Assembly: GCA_965203905.1 (NCBI GenBank)
Contig: CBDBDQ010000005.1
Span: 32,001 to 96,000, forward strand
Length of the DNA stretch: 64,000 nucleotides
From: Spirochaetia bacterium
GTDB taxonomy: Bacteria > Spirochaetota > Spirochaetia > SZUA-6 > Bin103
Direction: 5' to 3'
The translations under genes and the position numbers were made by a program. The notes below the pieces were generated by a model, which was not told where the DNA came from, made no database searches, and worked only from the letters and a program-made list of their open reading frames with translations. Positions 1 through 10,878 of the stretch are shown one piece after another (the first letter of the stretch is position 1; each line of letters starts with the position of its first letter).

Positions 1-434
1 GCTCGGTGAACCGACTCTGATTGCGCTTTCGCGAGCGATCATCCTCCGTCAGGCGGCCTACTACGCGGCGCTGGAGTCAGCCGGCCGTTCACTCGACATC
101 ACCGACTGGCTGCTGTGGTTCGCCGAAACCGTGCTGGAAGGGCAGAGCTGGAGCGAGCGCCGGCTGGTCCGGCTGAATCGAGCAAACGCGGATGTTCGAC
201 CGGCTGCGAGGGCGCCTGAATCCACGCCAGGAGAAGGCTCTGCTGCGCCTGTTTCGAGAAGAGCCCGAGGGTTTCCAAGGCGGGCTGAGCGCCGACAACT
301 ACCGTCGAATTACGCGCGCATCCGCCTCTACCGCCACGCGAGACCTCGCCGACCTGGTCGCCAACGGAGCACTGCGTCGAACCGGAGAGCGCCGCCACAC
401 GCGCTACTGGCTTAACCTGCCATCGTTCGATTGA
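1..434 (+). pseudogene. Fic/DUF4172-family protein, C-terminal part, with a +1 frameshift near 176
   Basis: Frame 2 reads ...AYYAALESAGRSLDITDWLLWFAETV...RLVRL. Frame 3 continues IEQTRMFDRL...GFQGGLSADNY...TATRDLADLV, a typical C-terminal wHTH. The extra A lies in ctgAAtcgag. The 5' end is outside the window. Confidence 0.7.
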
Positions 435-636
435 TAGTAGTGTGGTGTCCCGCAGGTTCGTGCTCACGCGCCGCGCGCCGGCGCCGGGGTCGCGCCACCC
501 GACGAGGTGGCCGTGGGACTGCGCCGCCCGGTTGCTGCCGCTACGCCGGCGCCGCTGGCGCCCGCCGCGTTTGACAAGCGCCAGGCGCTGGCCAATCATC
601 GGTGCCCGCGACTCCAGGAAGTCGCGAGGAGGAGAC

Positions 637-2643
637 ATGAGCAGACCATTGCTTCCGCTCGTCGTCGCAGCGTTGCTGAGCTGTTCGGTGCTGGCGTTCG
701 CAGGCGGCACTGCCGATTCCGGCGCCGCCGAGACCACTGCCGCGGTACGCACCGGGCAGTACGGTGAAGCGCCGATGCTGGCCGCCCTGGTCGCGGCCGG
801 CGAGCTGCCGCCGGTGGACGAACGGCTGCCGCTGAACCCGGCGGTGCACGCCCCGCTGGAGGAGATCGGACAGTACGGCGGCACCGTGCGGGTGTTCGCC
901 ATCGACAACTGGCCGTGGCAGGACATGACCGAGAGCGTCGAGCGCGGCCCCTACATGCTGAAGGCGGTAGACGGCAAGCTGGTGCCCGACATCGCCGAGT
1001 CGGCGGAGATGGCCGAGGATCAGACATCCGTGACCATCCGGCTGCGCGAGGGGCACAAGTGGTCGGACGGCATGCCGCTGACCGCGGACGACGTCGTGTT
1101 CCAGTTCGCGGCGATGCACAACCACCCCGAGATCGTTACCTACAAGACCAGCCCATTCGTCCAGAACGCGGTAAAGGTGGACGAGCAGACGGTGCGCCTG
1201 GAGTTCGACGCGCCGCATCCGGAGATGCTGGTGAAGCTGGCCATCTGGCATGGCGGCGACTGGGAGATGCTGGCGCCCAAGCATTACCTCTCCAAGTGGC
1301 ACCTCGACTACAACGACCAGGCCAACGAGGTGGCCAAGGAGGAGGGCCACGAAACCTGGCAGCAGGCGTTCACCGACCATTTCTTCTGGAAGCCTTCGAC
1401 CGACATCGATCTGCCGGTGGTGCAGGGCTGGCGCTTCACCGAGATCACCCCCACCGTGCGGGTGTTCGAGCGCAACCCCTACTACCACCGCGTCGACACC
1501 GCGGGCAACCAGCTTCCCTACATCGACCACATCGTCTCCACCGTGGTGGAGAAGGAAGTCTACACCCTCAAGATCATCGGCGGTGAAGCCGACCTCGCGT
1601 ACGGCCAGACCAGCCTGGAGAACTATGCGCTCTACAAGGAGAACGAGGAGCAGGGTGACTACATGGTGACGCTGATTCCCGGGCTCTCGGCCGCGGCCGT
1701 CGGGGTGGTCCTGAACCAGAACCACAACGAGCCGTGGCGGGCGGAGCTGTACCAGGAGCTGAGCTTCCGGCGCGCCCTCTCCCTGGCCATCAACCGCGAG
1801 GAGATAAACGAGCAGGTGTTCTTCGGCCTCGCCACCCCGCGCCAGGCGGCGCCGGCCCCCGCCTACAGCTACTACCAGGACGAGTGGGGCCGTTCGTGGG
1901 CGGACTACGACCCCGACCAGGCCAATGCCCTGCTCGACGAGATCGGCATGACCGAGCGCACTCGCGACGGGTTCCGGCGCGCACCCGGTGGCGAGGAGCT
2001 GCAGATTCTGATCGAGTACTCCGAGAACCTCCCGGTGGCGGCGATGGAGCTGATCAAGGAGTACTGGGAGGCGGTCGGCGTGAAGGTGCTGCTCAAGGTG
2101 GAGACCGAGCAGTCGCGCAACGTCACCCGGACGCTGAACGAGCATGACGCTCGCGCCGGGCGGACCGGCGGCTCCGAGTCCGGCTGGTACATCACCGGCG
2201 GCGGCGAGTCGTTCACCTGCAACCGCTCGCGCGGCGTGACCAAGGATTCGCGCTGGATGCCGTGCGGCACCGACAACGGCTGGGGCTGGCAGTGGGGCAA
2301 GTGGCTCGCCGCCAACGCCGCCATCGAGGCCGGCACCCACACGCTGGCCGACTTCGGCGGCGAAATGCCCGGCTGGGAGCCGCCGCAGGAGGTGAAGGAC
2401 CTCGACGAGTGGTCGTGGGCGTTGCGCGTCACCGAGTTCGGTTCCCCCGAGTACGTCGAGCTGGCAAGCAACATCGCGCAGCTGCAGGCCGACAAGCTGT
2501 GGGTGATCGGCGTCGTGGGGCTCAACCCCACCGCCTATATCTCCCGCAGCAACATTGGCAATGTCCCCACCCAGTACGGGATTGGCGTGACCTGGCCGGT
2601 GGGGCTGAACCACTGGGGCGACCAGCTCTTCTTCCGCCAGTAG
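637..2643 (+). CDS. ABC transporter substrate-binding protein, family 5 (copy 1)
   Basis: GGAG RBS before ATG 637, a signal peptide, and the motifs GELPPVDERLP, YGGT, KWSDG and NPYY...GNQLPYID. The ORF-track start at 442 is over-extended. Confidence 0.93.
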   Translation: MSRPLLPLVVAALLSCSVLAFAGGTADSGAAETTAAVRTGQYGEAPMLAALVAAGELPPVDERLPLNPAVHAPLEEIGQYGGTVRVFAIDNWPWQDMTESVERGPYMLKAVDGKLVPDIAESAEMAEDQTSVTIRLREGHKWSDGMPLTADDVVFQFAAMHNHPEIVTYKTSPFVQNAVKVDEQTVRLEFDAPHPEMLVKLAIWHGGDWEMLAPKHYLSKWHLDYNDQANEVAKEEGHETWQQAFTDHFFWKPSTDIDLPVVQGWRFTEITPTVRVFERNPYYHRVDTAGNQLPYIDHIVSTVVEKEVYTLKIIGGEADLAYGQTSLENYALYKENEEQGDYMVTLIPGLSAAAVGVVLNQNHNEPWRAELYQELSFRRALSLAINREEINEQVFFGLATPRQAAPAPAYSYYQDEWGRSWADYDPDQANALLDEIGMTERTRDGFRRAPGGEELQILIEYSENLPVAAMELIKEYWEAVGVKVLLKVETEQSRNVTRTLNEHDARAGRTGGSESGWYITGGGESFTCNRSRGVTKDSRWMPCGTDNGWGWQWGKWLAANAAIEAGTHTLADFGGEMPGWEPPQEVKDLDEWSWALRVTEFGSPEYVELASNIAQLQADKLWVIGVVGLNPTAYISRSNIGNVPTQYGIGVTWPVGLNHWGDQLFFRQ

Positions 2644-2670
2644 CGTCGCTCAGGCAGCAACGCCTCTGCG

Positions 2671-2710
2671 GCTCCACGGAGGTGCGGGCCCACCCGCGCC
2701 TCCGTGGAGC
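2671..2710. repeat. GC-rich hairpin downstream of SBP copy 1 (REP-like or terminator)
   Basis: gctccacggaggtgcggg-ccca-cccgcgcctccgtggagc. The same core recurs at 4862-4891. Confidence 0.7.
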
Positions 2711-2814
2711 GTGGGGCCACCGTGGCCATGGGGCGCGGGCTGGACGCTTGACAAGCGGCGGCTCAGGCCTGACGATCAGTCCCTGAATTTCCGACATCCC
2801 ACAAGGAGGGAGAG

Positions 2815-4824
2815 ATGATGAAGAGACAGTGCATGCTGATCGCGTGCCTGCTGCTCGGCGGTTCGCTGCTGGCGTTCGCCGGCGCCACCGACGAGGGTTC
2901 GAGCGGCGAGGCGATGGCCGTCGAACGCACCGGAGAGTATGGCGAGGCGCCGATGCTGGCCGCCCTGGTGGCCGCCGGCGAGCTGCCGCCGGTGGACGAG
3001 CGGCTGCCGGTGAACCCGTCGGTGCGCACCCCGATCGAAGAGGTCGGAACGTACGGCGGCACGGTGCGCGTGTTCGCCCTCGACAACTGGCCGTGGCAGG
3101 ACATGACCGAGAGCGTCGAACGCGGTCCCTACATGCTCAAGGGGGTCGACGGCAAGCTGTTGCCCGACGTGGCCGAGTCGGTGCAGATGGCCGCCGACAA
3201 TACCTCGGTGACGATCACCCTGCGCGAAGGACACAAGTGGTCCGACGGTCACCCCGTGAGCTCCGACGACGTGGTGTTCCAGTTCATGTCGATGCACAAC
3301 CACCCCGATGTCGTGACCTACAAGAAGAGCCCGTTCGTCACCAACGCGGTCGCGGTCGACGCCCAGACCGTGCGCCTGGAGTTCGACTCGCCGCACCCCG
3401 AGATGCTGGTCAAGCTGGCCACCTGGCACGGCGGCGACTGGGAGATGCTGAAGCCCAAGCACTACCTCAAGAAGTGGCACATCGACTTCAACGACAAGGC
3501 CAACGAGGTGGCCAAGGAGGAGGGTCACGAGACCTGGCAGCAGGCGTTCACCGACCACTTCTTCTGGAAGCCCTCGACCGATCTCGACCTGCCGGTGATT
3601 CAGGCTTGGCGCTTCACCGAGATCACCCCCACCGTGCGGGTGTTCGAGCGCAACCCCTACTACCTGCGCGTCGATACCGCCGGCAACCAGCTCCCCTACA
3701 TCGACCGCATCGTCTCCACCGTGGTGGAGAAGGAGGTGTACAACCTCAAGATCATCGGCGGCGAAGCCGACCTGGCGTACGGTCAGACCAGCCTGGAGAA
3801 CTTCGCCCTCTACAAGGAGAACGAAGAGGCCGGCGACTACCGGGTGACGCTGATTCCGGGGCTGTCCGCCGCCGAGGTGGGGCTGGTCCTGAACCAGAAC
3901 CACTTGCAGGAATGGCGGGCGGAACTGTATCAGGACGTGCGCTTCCGGCGCGCCCTGTCGCTGGCCATCAACCGCGACGAGGTGAACGAACAGGTGTTCT
4001 TCGGCCTGTCGACCCCGCGGCAGGCGGCCGTGCCGCCGGTGCACAGCTACTACCAGGAGGAGTGGGGCAAGGCGTGGGCCGACTACGACCCGGACCAGGC
4101 CAACGCCCTGCTTGACGAGATCGGCATGACCGAGCGCACGCGGGACGGCTTCCGGAGCGCTCCGGGCGGCGAGGAGCTGCAGATCCTGATCGAGTACGCC
4201 GAGGGCACACCCGTGCCGGCGATGGAGTTGATCAAGGAGTACTGGGAGGCGGTCGGCGTCAAGGTGCTGCTGAAGGTGGAGACCGGCCAGTCGCGCAACG
4301 TCACCCGCACGCTGAACGAGCATGACGTGCGGGCGAGCGGCATCGGCGAGGCATCGGAGACGGGCAATTACATCACCGGCGGCGGCGAGCAGTTCACCTG
4401 CAACCGGTCGCGGGGCGTCACCGCGGATTCGCGCTGGATGCCGTGCGGCACCGACAACGGCTGGGGCTGGCAGTGGGGCAAGTGGCTGGCCGCCAACGCC
4501 GCCATCGAGGCCGGCACCCACACGCTGGCCGACTTCGGCGGCGAGATGCCCGGCTGGGAGCCGCCGCAGGAGATCAAGGACCTGGACGAGTGGTCGTGGG
4601 CGATCCGCGTTACCGAGTTCGGCTCCCCCGAGTACGTCGAGCTGGCAACCAACATCTCGCAACTGCAGGCTGACAAGCTGTGGGCGATCGGCGTGGTGGG
4701 CATGAGCCCGACCATCTACATCTCGCGCAGCAACATCGGCAACGTCCCCAAGGAGTACAGCATCGGCGTGGAGTGGCCGATCGGCCTCAACTACTGGGGC
4801 GACCAGCTCTTCTTCCGCCAGTAG
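2815..4824 (+). CDS. ABC transporter substrate-binding protein, family 5 (copy 2, tandem paralog)
   Basis: AAGGAGG RBS; collinear with copy 1 and highly similar to it. Confidence 0.95.
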   Translation: MMKRQCMLIACLLLGGSLLAFAGATDEGSSGEAMAVERTGEYGEAPMLAALVAAGELPPVDERLPVNPSVRTPIEEVGTYGGTVRVFALDNWPWQDMTESVERGPYMLKGVDGKLLPDVAESVQMAADNTSVTITLREGHKWSDGHPVSSDDVVFQFMSMHNHPDVVTYKKSPFVTNAVAVDAQTVRLEFDSPHPEMLVKLATWHGGDWEMLKPKHYLKKWHIDFNDKANEVAKEEGHETWQQAFTDHFFWKPSTDLDLPVIQAWRFTEITPTVRVFERNPYYLRVDTAGNQLPYIDRIVSTVVEKEVYNLKIIGGEADLAYGQTSLENFALYKENEEAGDYRVTLIPGLSAAEVGLVLNQNHLQEWRAELYQDVRFRRALSLAINRDEVNEQVFFGLSTPRQAAVPPVHSYYQEEWGKAWADYDPDQANALLDEIGMTERTRDGFRSAPGGEELQILIEYAEGTPVPAMELIKEYWEAVGVKVLLKVETGQSRNVTRTLNEHDVRASGIGEASETGNYITGGGEQFTCNRSRGVTADSRWMPCGTDNGWGWQWGKWLAANAAIEAGTHTLADFGGEMPGWEPPQEIKDLDEWSWAIRVTEFGSPEYVELATNISQLQADKLWAIGVVGMSPTIYISRSNIGNVPKEYSIGVEWPIGLNYWGDQLFFRQ

Positions 4825-4861
4825 CAGCCGAGCTACCTGGCAGCCGTTCCGGTTGCACTTC

Positions 4862-4891
4862 ACGGAGGCGCGGGGCAGCCCGCGCCTCCGT
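4862..4891. repeat. Hairpin between convergent genes (probable terminator or REP-like)
   Basis: acggaggcgcggg-gcag-cccgcgcctccgt, with perfect 13-bp arms. Confidence 0.7.
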
Positions 4892-4895
4892 TGCG

Positions 4896-6134
4896 TCAGG
4901 ACGGCACCCGCGCCGCGGGCTTCTCCCGCTTGCCGTTGAGCAGCGTGCCAAGCGGGGTGTAGCGCACCAGGTAGCGGTACGAAACCACCCCGACGACGCT
5001 GGTGGCGACAAATGCGACCGAGAATTTCAGCTCGGGCCCCCAGTCGAAGCCGGTCAGGGCGGCCAGCCGTCCCGACGCGTCCAGATGGGCCAGCCAGAAG
5101 GTCAGAAACGCCACCACGGGCAGGTGCATGAGGTAGATCCAGTAGGATGAATCGGCCATCCAGCGCACCCAGCGGCGCGGAGTCCTGAGGAGCACTGCAA
5201 AGCTGCCCACCAGGGCCAGGCTGAGCAGCACCGCCGCCGAACCGTAGGCCAGGGTGTCGACCACCGTAACGATCCCCACCGCGGTGCCGGCCAGGCCCTG
5301 GTCCTGCGCGCCCAGGGCGGCGACGTGGACGGCATGGGCCAGCATTCCCGCCGTCCACAACCCGGCGAGCCTGCTCCTCCCCCGCAGCCGGTCCAGGAGT
5401 TGACGCCGGGGCCACAAGCCATGGCCGTAGAAGAAGAAGAGCGCCGCGTACAGCAGGTCGGGAACGTTGGGCGGCCAGATCGGCTTCGACTCGTCGCCGC
5501 CGCGTGCCGCGAGCAGCAGCGCCGCCGCCAGCATAAGCAACAACGGCGCACGGGCGTAGATCCAGCCGCTCAGCCGGCGCCCGATCGCCGGAGCGGCCGG
5601 CACCGCACGCAGAGCCGCGCGCCACGCGAGCAGCGCCGCGTACAGCAAGAGCAGGTACCAGAGGAACCAGAGGTGCGCCAGGGGTATGCCTTGAGAGATC
5701 AGGCTCGGCCACTTGCGTGGATCGAGCATCCGCAGATCGACGGCGAACTCCCCCTTCCAGCCGTACCACCACAGCGCCGGAATGAGCACCGCCATCACGA
5801 CGGCAAACAGCACCAGGGGCACGCCGATGCGGCACAGCCGGTCGCGCACGAACTCCGACGGGGATCGGCGCTCCAGCACCAGGTGGGCGAAGAAGCCGGC
5901 CAGCAGGAAGAACACGGGCATGCGCCAAGCGTGGATGTAGTCGAACAGCAAGAGCAGTGCCAGCGACTGGTCGGGGTCGGCCGGCCACATGAACTCGATC
6001 CCCGCCAGCCGCGAGAAGTAGGGCAGCGTGGCGTGCACCACCACGCCCAGCAGCATGGCGAAAGCGCGCAGCCCGTCCAGCCCGTGGTAGCGGCTCGGGG
6101 GCGCCTGGCGAGGAGACGCTGCGGCGGCACTCAT
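4896..6134 (-). CDS. Acyltransferase family 3 membrane protein (MdoC/OpgC-like)
   Basis: Motifs RYHGLDGLRAFAMLLG..H, RMPVFFLLAGFF, HLWFLWYL and SYWIYLMH; multiple TM segments. Confidence 0.88.
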   Translation of the reverse strand: MSAAAASPRQAPPSRYHGLDGLRAFAMLLGVVVHATLPYFSRLAGIEFMWPADPDQSLALLLLFDYIHAWRMPVFFLLAGFFAHLVLERRSPSEFVRDRLCRIGVPLVLFAVVMAVLIPALWWYGWKGEFAVDLRMLDPRKWPSLISQGIPLAHLWFLWYLLLLYAALLAWRAALRAVPAAPAIGRRLSGWIYARAPLLLMLAAALLLAARGGDESKPIWPPNVPDLLYAALFFFYGHGLWPRRQLLDRLRGRSRLAGLWTAGMLAHAVHVAALGAQDQGLAGTAVGIVTVVDTLAYGSAAVLLSLALVGSFAVLLRTPRRWVRWMADSSYWIYLMHLPVVAFLTFWLAHLDASGRLAALTGFDWGPELKFSVAFVATSVVGVVSYRYLVRYTPLGTLLNGKREKPAARVPS

Positions 6135-6147
6135 GGGCCTTTAGCAG

Positions 6148-7500
6148 CTACGCCTTGCGACGGGAGGAGCCTTTCGTGGGCACGGGGTCGGCGGCGGCGT
6201 CCGGGATCGGGCGGCCGTGGGGGTCGGTGGCGCCGGCGGTGCGGGCGAGGTCGGCGCGCATGCCGGCGGAGGTGACGTGCTCCAGCTGGTGGGCGGCGAA
6301 GTGCACCTCGGCGGCGGGGTCGCCCTCGGCGAACAGGTAGCTCTCCCATAGCCGGTGGCTGCGCAGCAGGCCGGTGGCCAGGCGGCGGCCCCCTGCCGTG
6401 AGCCGATACCCCGCACCGGTGCGCCGCACGCGGCCGCGCACCCATTCCACCAGCAGCGCCACGCTGCGGTCGAGGCGGCTGGAACGGCCGGCGATGCGCG
6501 ACGCTTCCTCCCGCACCAGCTCGCGGCGGCCGGGGGCCGGTGCGCCGCGCTCCTCCACCCGCAGCAGCTCCACCAGCAGGTCCTCGCGCCCCACGGCCAG
6601 CGCCACGCGGCCGCGATGCAGGGCCCGCGCCGCCAGGCCGCGCTCGGGGGCGACCACCAGCGCCAGCGCCACCACCGCTCCCGCCACCACCGTCATCATC
6701 CCGGCGGTGCTGGTGTCGGAGAATCCGAACCAGCGCGGTACCGTGATCGCGCCGAGGTGCCCGCCGACGGCGCAGACCAGTGCCACCCCCTGGCCCAACA
6801 GCAGCAGCGACCACAGGCGGCGGGTGAACAGGCCCGCCACCACCCCGGGCACGATCAGCATCGCGATCACCAGGATGCTGCCGACGCTCTCGAACGCGGC
6901 GACGATGGTCACCGCGACCATCACCATCAACGCGTAGTGCATCAGCCGGGAGTCGAAACCGGCGGCGCGGGCGAACTCCGGATCGAACGAGGTCAGGTTG
7001 AGTTCCTTGAACAGCAGCAGCACGAACGCCAGGTCGGCGGCGAACACCGCGCTCAGGATCAGCAGCGCACGCGGCATCCGCACCCCCGCGACCACCACGT
7101 CGTTCAGCGGGGCCAGCTCCACCGCGCCGTAGAACACCGTGTGCACGTCGATGTGCACGGCGTCCGCGCTGCGCACGATGAGGATCAGGCCGAGCGCGAA
7201 CATGGTGGTGAACACCACGCCCATCGCCGCGCCCCGGTCGACGTTGCCCACCTGGTGGATGAGCTGGGTGAAGGCCGCGGTAAGCACCCCCGCGACGGCC
7301 GCGCCCACCACGATCACGGCGGTATCGCGGCTCAGGGTAACGAGAAACGCGACGGCGATGCCGGGCAGCACCGCGTGACTGATCGCGTCGCCCATCATGC
7401 TCATGCGCCGCAACACCAGGAAGCTGCCGATCAGCGCGCTCGCCATGGCGCTGACCGCGGCCACCACCACGATGCCGGTGTCGAGGGCGGTCCAGCTCAT
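6148..7500 (-). CDS. troD: Mn/Zn/Fe ABC permease (TroD-like) fused to a C-terminal DtxR/MntR-like domain
   Basis: ABC-3 motifs GDAISHAVLPG, FKEL..SFD and ESVG; C-terminal HRLWESYL...QLEH...DPHGRPIP. ATG 7500 overlaps the upstream stop. Confidence 0.88.
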   Translation of the reverse strand: MSWTALDTGIVVVAAVSAMASALIGSFLVLRRMSMMGDAISHAVLPGIAVAFLVTLSRDTAVIVVGAAVAGVLTAAFTQLIHQVGNVDRGAAMGVVFTTMFALGLILIVRSADAVHIDVHTVFYGAVELAPLNDVVVAGVRMPRALLILSAVFAADLAFVLLLFKELNLTSFDPEFARAAGFDSRLMHYALMVMVAVTIVAAFESVGSILVIAMLIVPGVVAGLFTRRLWSLLLLGQGVALVCAVGGHLGAITVPRWFGFSDTSTAGMMTVVAGAVVALALVVAPERGLAARALHRGRVALAVGREDLLVELLRVEERGAPAPGRRELVREEASRIAGRSSRLDRSVALLVEWVRGRVRRTGAGYRLTAGGRRLATGLLRSHRLWESYLFAEGDPAAEVHFAAHQLEHVTSAGMRADLARTAGATDPHGRPIPDAAADPVPTKGSSRRKA

Positions 7501-8867
7501 GGCGTCCCGCCGGCCAGCGCGTGGGGGCTGGCGGCCACCGCACCGGCACCCGGCAGGCGTTCCAGCTGTGCCTCCAGCTCGGCCACCAGCTCCGGCTCCA
7601 GCACGTGCTCGATGCGGTCGGCGCCGCGGTCGACACGGGTGGTGGCGACGTCCGCATAGCGGATCAGGTAGAGCTCCCACAGGCGGTGATTGCGTACGAT
7701 GCGCAGCGCCTGCTCGGCTCCGGCAGCGGTCAGACGCACCGCCCCGGAGCCCACCGCCGTCCGCAACCACCGTTCCCGGTGTCCCAGGCGCAGCGCGGCC
7801 GCGAGTTGCGAACGCGTCCATGCGCGGCGCCGCGAGAGACCGGTCGGACTGACCTCACCCGCCTCCAGATCGGCACGCTGCGGGGTGGTCCCGAGTTGCG
7901 CTTCCACCTGCTCGAACACGGCCCGCAGCAGGTGCTCGCGGCGGATGCGCCGATCGCCGCGGCGCCGCTCGAGGAGCAGCCGCAGGAGGCCGCGGCGGGT
8001 CCCGAACAGGGCACTGACAAGAAACCCGACCGCGATCGTCACCACGATCACGGCACCGGCCGGCAAACGCGGAACCAGAGCGGAGAGGCCGGCACCGACG
8101 AACCCGCCGGCAGCCCCGAGCAGCGCGGCAAGAATCGTCATCAGCCGCAGATCGTAGGTCCAGAAGCGGGCCGCAGCGGCCGGGGTGATCAGCAGGGCCA
8201 CGATCAGGATCAGTCCCACGGCCTGCAGGCCGATGACGGTAACCGCCACCACCAGCGCCAGCATGGCTGCATCCAGGAGCCCCACGGGCAGGCCCTGGGA
8301 AGCGGCGTAGGCCGCGTCGAAGCAGAGCAGGTTCAGCTCCTTGAACAGCAGCACCGCAACCACCACCAGCACCAGCGAGGTGATCCCGATCAGCGTGGCG
8401 TCGGCGACCAGCATCGACGCGGTCTTGCCGTAGATGAAGGAGTCCAGCCCGGCGGCGGAGCCGCGCCGCATCTGCTGGATCAGGCCGAGCAGCGCGATGC
8501 CGATCCCGAACGACACCGACAGCACGATGCCGAGCGCCGCATCTTCGTGCAGCCGCAGCACCGAGCGCACCACCAGCACTGCCGCGACCGCCGCCAGACC
8601 GCCCACCGCGGCGCCGAGCAGCAGACCTGGAAACCACTTGCCGGTGCCCCCGAGGGCCACCATCACCAGCCACGCGGCGGCGATTCCCGGCAGCGTTGCG
8701 TGGCTCACGGCGTCCGACACCAGGGCCCGCTTGCGCAGCAGGGTGAAGGTGCCGATGATGCCCGCGGCCATCCCCAGCAGCGCGACGCCGACCACCACCA
8801 CGCGGGTGTTGAAGTCGCTCAGCGTGAGCACGCGCCACACCTGGTCCCACGGCGGCAGGTAGCTCAT
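7497..8867 (-). CDS. troC: Mn/Zn/Fe ABC permease (TroC-like) fused to a C-terminal DtxR/MntR-like domain
   Basis: [10 protein letters not shown] and FKEL..CFD motifs; C-terminal VRLTAAG...HRLWELYL...ADRIEH. Confidence 0.9.
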   Translation of the reverse strand: MSYLPPWDQVWRVLTLSDFNTRVVVVGVALLGMAAGIIGTFTLLRKRALVSDAVSHATLPGIAAAWLVMVALGGTGKWFPGLLLGAAVGGLAAVAAVLVVRSVLRLHEDAALGIVLSVSFGIGIALLGLIQQMRRGSAAGLDSFIYGKTASMLVADATLIGITSLVLVVVAVLLFKELNLLCFDAAYAASQGLPVGLLDAAMLALVVAVTVIGLQAVGLILIVALLITPAAAARFWTYDLRLMTILAALLGAAGGFVGAGLSALVPRLPAGAVIVVTIAVGFLVSALFGTRRGLLRLLLERRRGDRRIRREHLLRAVFEQVEAQLGTTPQRADLEAGEVSPTGLSRRRAWTRSQLAAALRLGHRERWLRTAVGSGAVRLTAAGAEQALRIVRNHRLWELYLIRYADVATTRVDRGADRIEHVLEPELVAELEAQLERLPGAGAVAASPHALAGGTP

Positions 8868-9790
8868 CCGCTCCTCCGGCGCCGGCCGAGCGCATCCACC
8901 GCCTGGTCGAGCAGCGTGAGCCGGCCGCCGTAGGTCTTCTGCAGGTTGTCGTTGGTGAACACGTCGGCCACCGGTCCGTGCGCCACCACCCGCAGGTTGA
9001 GCAGCAGCAACTCGTCGAAGTAGCTGCTCACCGTCTGCAGGTCGTGATGTACCACGAACACACTCTTGCCCTCGCGCCGCAGGCGCTGGAGCAACTCGAC
9101 GATGGCACGTTCGGTGGCCGCGTCCACCCCGGCGAACGGCTCGTCCATGAAGTAGATGCGCGCGTCCTGGGCCAGCGCGCGCGCCAGGAACAGCCGCTGC
9201 TGCTGGCCGCCGGAGAGCTCCGAGATCTGTCGCCCCGCATAGTCGGCCATGCCCACCAGGTCCATGGCGGCGCGGGCCGCCTCGCGCGTGGCGCGGGTCA
9301 CCGGGCGCATCCAGCCGAGCGCCCGGTAGAGACCCATCGCCACCAGCTCCAGGGCGCTGACCGGGTAGTCCCAGTCGACGCTCTCGCGCTGCGGTACGTA
9401 GGCCACCAGCCGCCGGTGCCGCCGGTACGGCTTGCCGTAGATGGTCACCGAGCCGGATACCCGCGGCACCAGGTCCAGCACCCCCTTCAGCAGGGTGCTC
9501 TTGCCGGCGCCGTTGGGTCCGACGATGCCGGTGATCACCCCGTCCGCCGCCGCCAGGTCGACGTCCCAGAGCACCGGTCGCCGCCGGTACGCGACCGTGA
9601 GGTCACGCACTACCAATGGGCTGCGTGCCGGGTCGGCGGCGTGAGGCAGATCGCGCGCCGGCACCGACTCCGGGCGCGGACCGCGAGCGCCGGGCCTACG
9701 CCGGCCGCCCGCGGCCTCCGGTTCGGGTGGTGCAGTAGACGGCGTGCCGCGCGCGGCTGCCGTGGACGCCGCGGCCGGCTGCCGACTCAC
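8864..9790 (-). CDS. troB: Metal ABC transporter ATP-binding protein
   Basis: Walker [10 protein letters not shown], signature LSGGQQQR and Walker B YFMDEPF. The GTG start overlaps the troA stop (GTGA). Confidence 0.92.
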   Translation of the reverse strand: MSRQPAAASTAAARGTPSTAPPEPEAAGGRRRPGARGPRPESVPARDLPHAADPARSPLVVRDLTVAYRRRPVLWDVDLAAADGVITGIVGPNGAGKSTLLKGVLDLVPRVSGSVTIYGKPYRRHRRLVAYVPQRESVDWDYPVSALELVAMGLYRALGWMRPVTRATREAARAAMDLVGMADYAGRQISELSGGQQQRLFLARALAQDARIYFMDEPFAGVDAATERAIVELLQRLRREGKSVFVVHHDLQTVSSYFDELLLLNLRVVAHGPVADVFTNDNLQKTYGGRLTLLDQAVDALGRRRRSG

Positions 9791-10845
9791 GGTGCCTCCC
9801 CGGCGTGCGCCAGGAGACCCTGAAAGCCGCGCTCCGGGACCGCGCCGCCCAAGGCACGGGCCACGGTGGTGACGTTGTGGTCGAGCATGCCCACGTAGGT
9901 GCCCTCGTAGGTTCCCGGCCGGCCCATGGCATCGGAGTACAGCTCGCCGCCGATCACCACGGTATGGCCGCGCGCCGCGGCGCCCTCGATCAGCGCCCGC
10001 ACGTTGCGGTCGGCGATGGTGGTTTCGACGAACACCGCACTGATCTGCCGCGTGACCAGCAGATCCACCAGCCGGTTGATGCGGTCGAGGCCGGCCTCCG
10101 ACTCCGTCGATATCCCCTGAATCCCCGCCACCTCCAGACCGTAGGCCCGTCCGAAGTAGTTGAATGCATCGTGGGCGGTCACCAGGATGCGCTGTTGTTC
10201 CGGGATCGAGCCGAGGACCCGTCGGGCGTACTCGTGCAACTCCGCAAGCGTCCCGGAATAGGTCTCCGAGCGCTCGCGGTAGCCGTCCTGTCCCTCCGGG
10301 TCGAAAGCGGCGAGTGCCTCGGTCACCGCGTTCACCGCCTGCTTCCAGCCGGCCACGTCCATCCACAGATGAGGATCGAAATGGCCCGCGAACTCCTCCG
10401 GCTGCAGCAGCACCGACTCGTCCACCAGTTCGGTCACGGCGTGCACTGGCCGGCCGCTGCGCGCCACCCTGATCAACGTATCGGTCATCTTCCCTTCCAG
10501 CAGCAGGCCGGAATAGAACACGATGTCCGCCTCCATCAGCGCCGCCACGTCGCTGCGCGTCGGCACGTAGAGGTGGGGATCGACCCCCTCGCCGATGATC
10601 GAGGTCACCGCGCCGCGGCCGCCGGCCACCTGCCGCACGATGTCCGCCACCATGCCGGTGGTGGCGGCGATTCGAAACGGATAGTCGCGTCCGGCCACGG
10701 CTCCGGCTGCCTCCGGGGTGCTGTCCTCGGCACCCCGGCGGTCGCCGCCACTGCAGGTGACGAGCAATCCCGCCGCTAATGCGGTGGCCACCACGGACGC
10801 CGCGGCCATCAGCGCGCAGGTACGACAATATTTTCTCTTTTGCAT
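9787..10845 (-). CDS. troA: Metal ABC transporter substrate-binding protein
   Basis: Metal-ligand motifs [24 protein letters not shown] and LYSDAMG. The start may be 10809. Confidence 0.93.
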   Translation of the reverse strand: MQKRKYCRTCALMAAASVVATALAAGLLVTCSGGDRRGAEDSTPEAAGAVAGRDYPFRIAATTGMVADIVRQVAGGRGAVTSIIGEGVDPHLYVPTRSDVAALMEADIVFYSGLLLEGKMTDTLIRVARSGRPVHAVTELVDESVLLQPEEFAGHFDPHLWMDVAGWKQAVNAVTEALAAFDPEGQDGYRERSETYSGTLAELHEYARRVLGSIPEQQRILVTAHDAFNYFGRAYGLEVAGIQGISTESEAGLDRINRLVDLLVTRQISAVFVETTIADRNVRALIEGAAARGHTVVIGGELYSDAMGRPGTYEGTYVGMLDHNVTTVARALGGAVPERGFQGLLAHAGEAP

Positions 10846-10856
10846 TTTAGAACAAC

Positions 10857-10878
10857 CGTTTTTGACTAATCAAAATCG
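10857..10878. promoter_or_regulatory. 22-bp imperfect palindrome, putative DtxR/TroR-type operator
   Basis: CG-T-TTTTGA-CTAA-TCAAAA-T-CG, directly downstream of the tro -10 box. Confidence 0.7.

Noticed and set aside
637-4824. Diversity-generating retroelement acting on the tandem SBPs
   Set aside because: No reverse transcriptase in the window, differences are not adenine-specific, and both copies are full genes.
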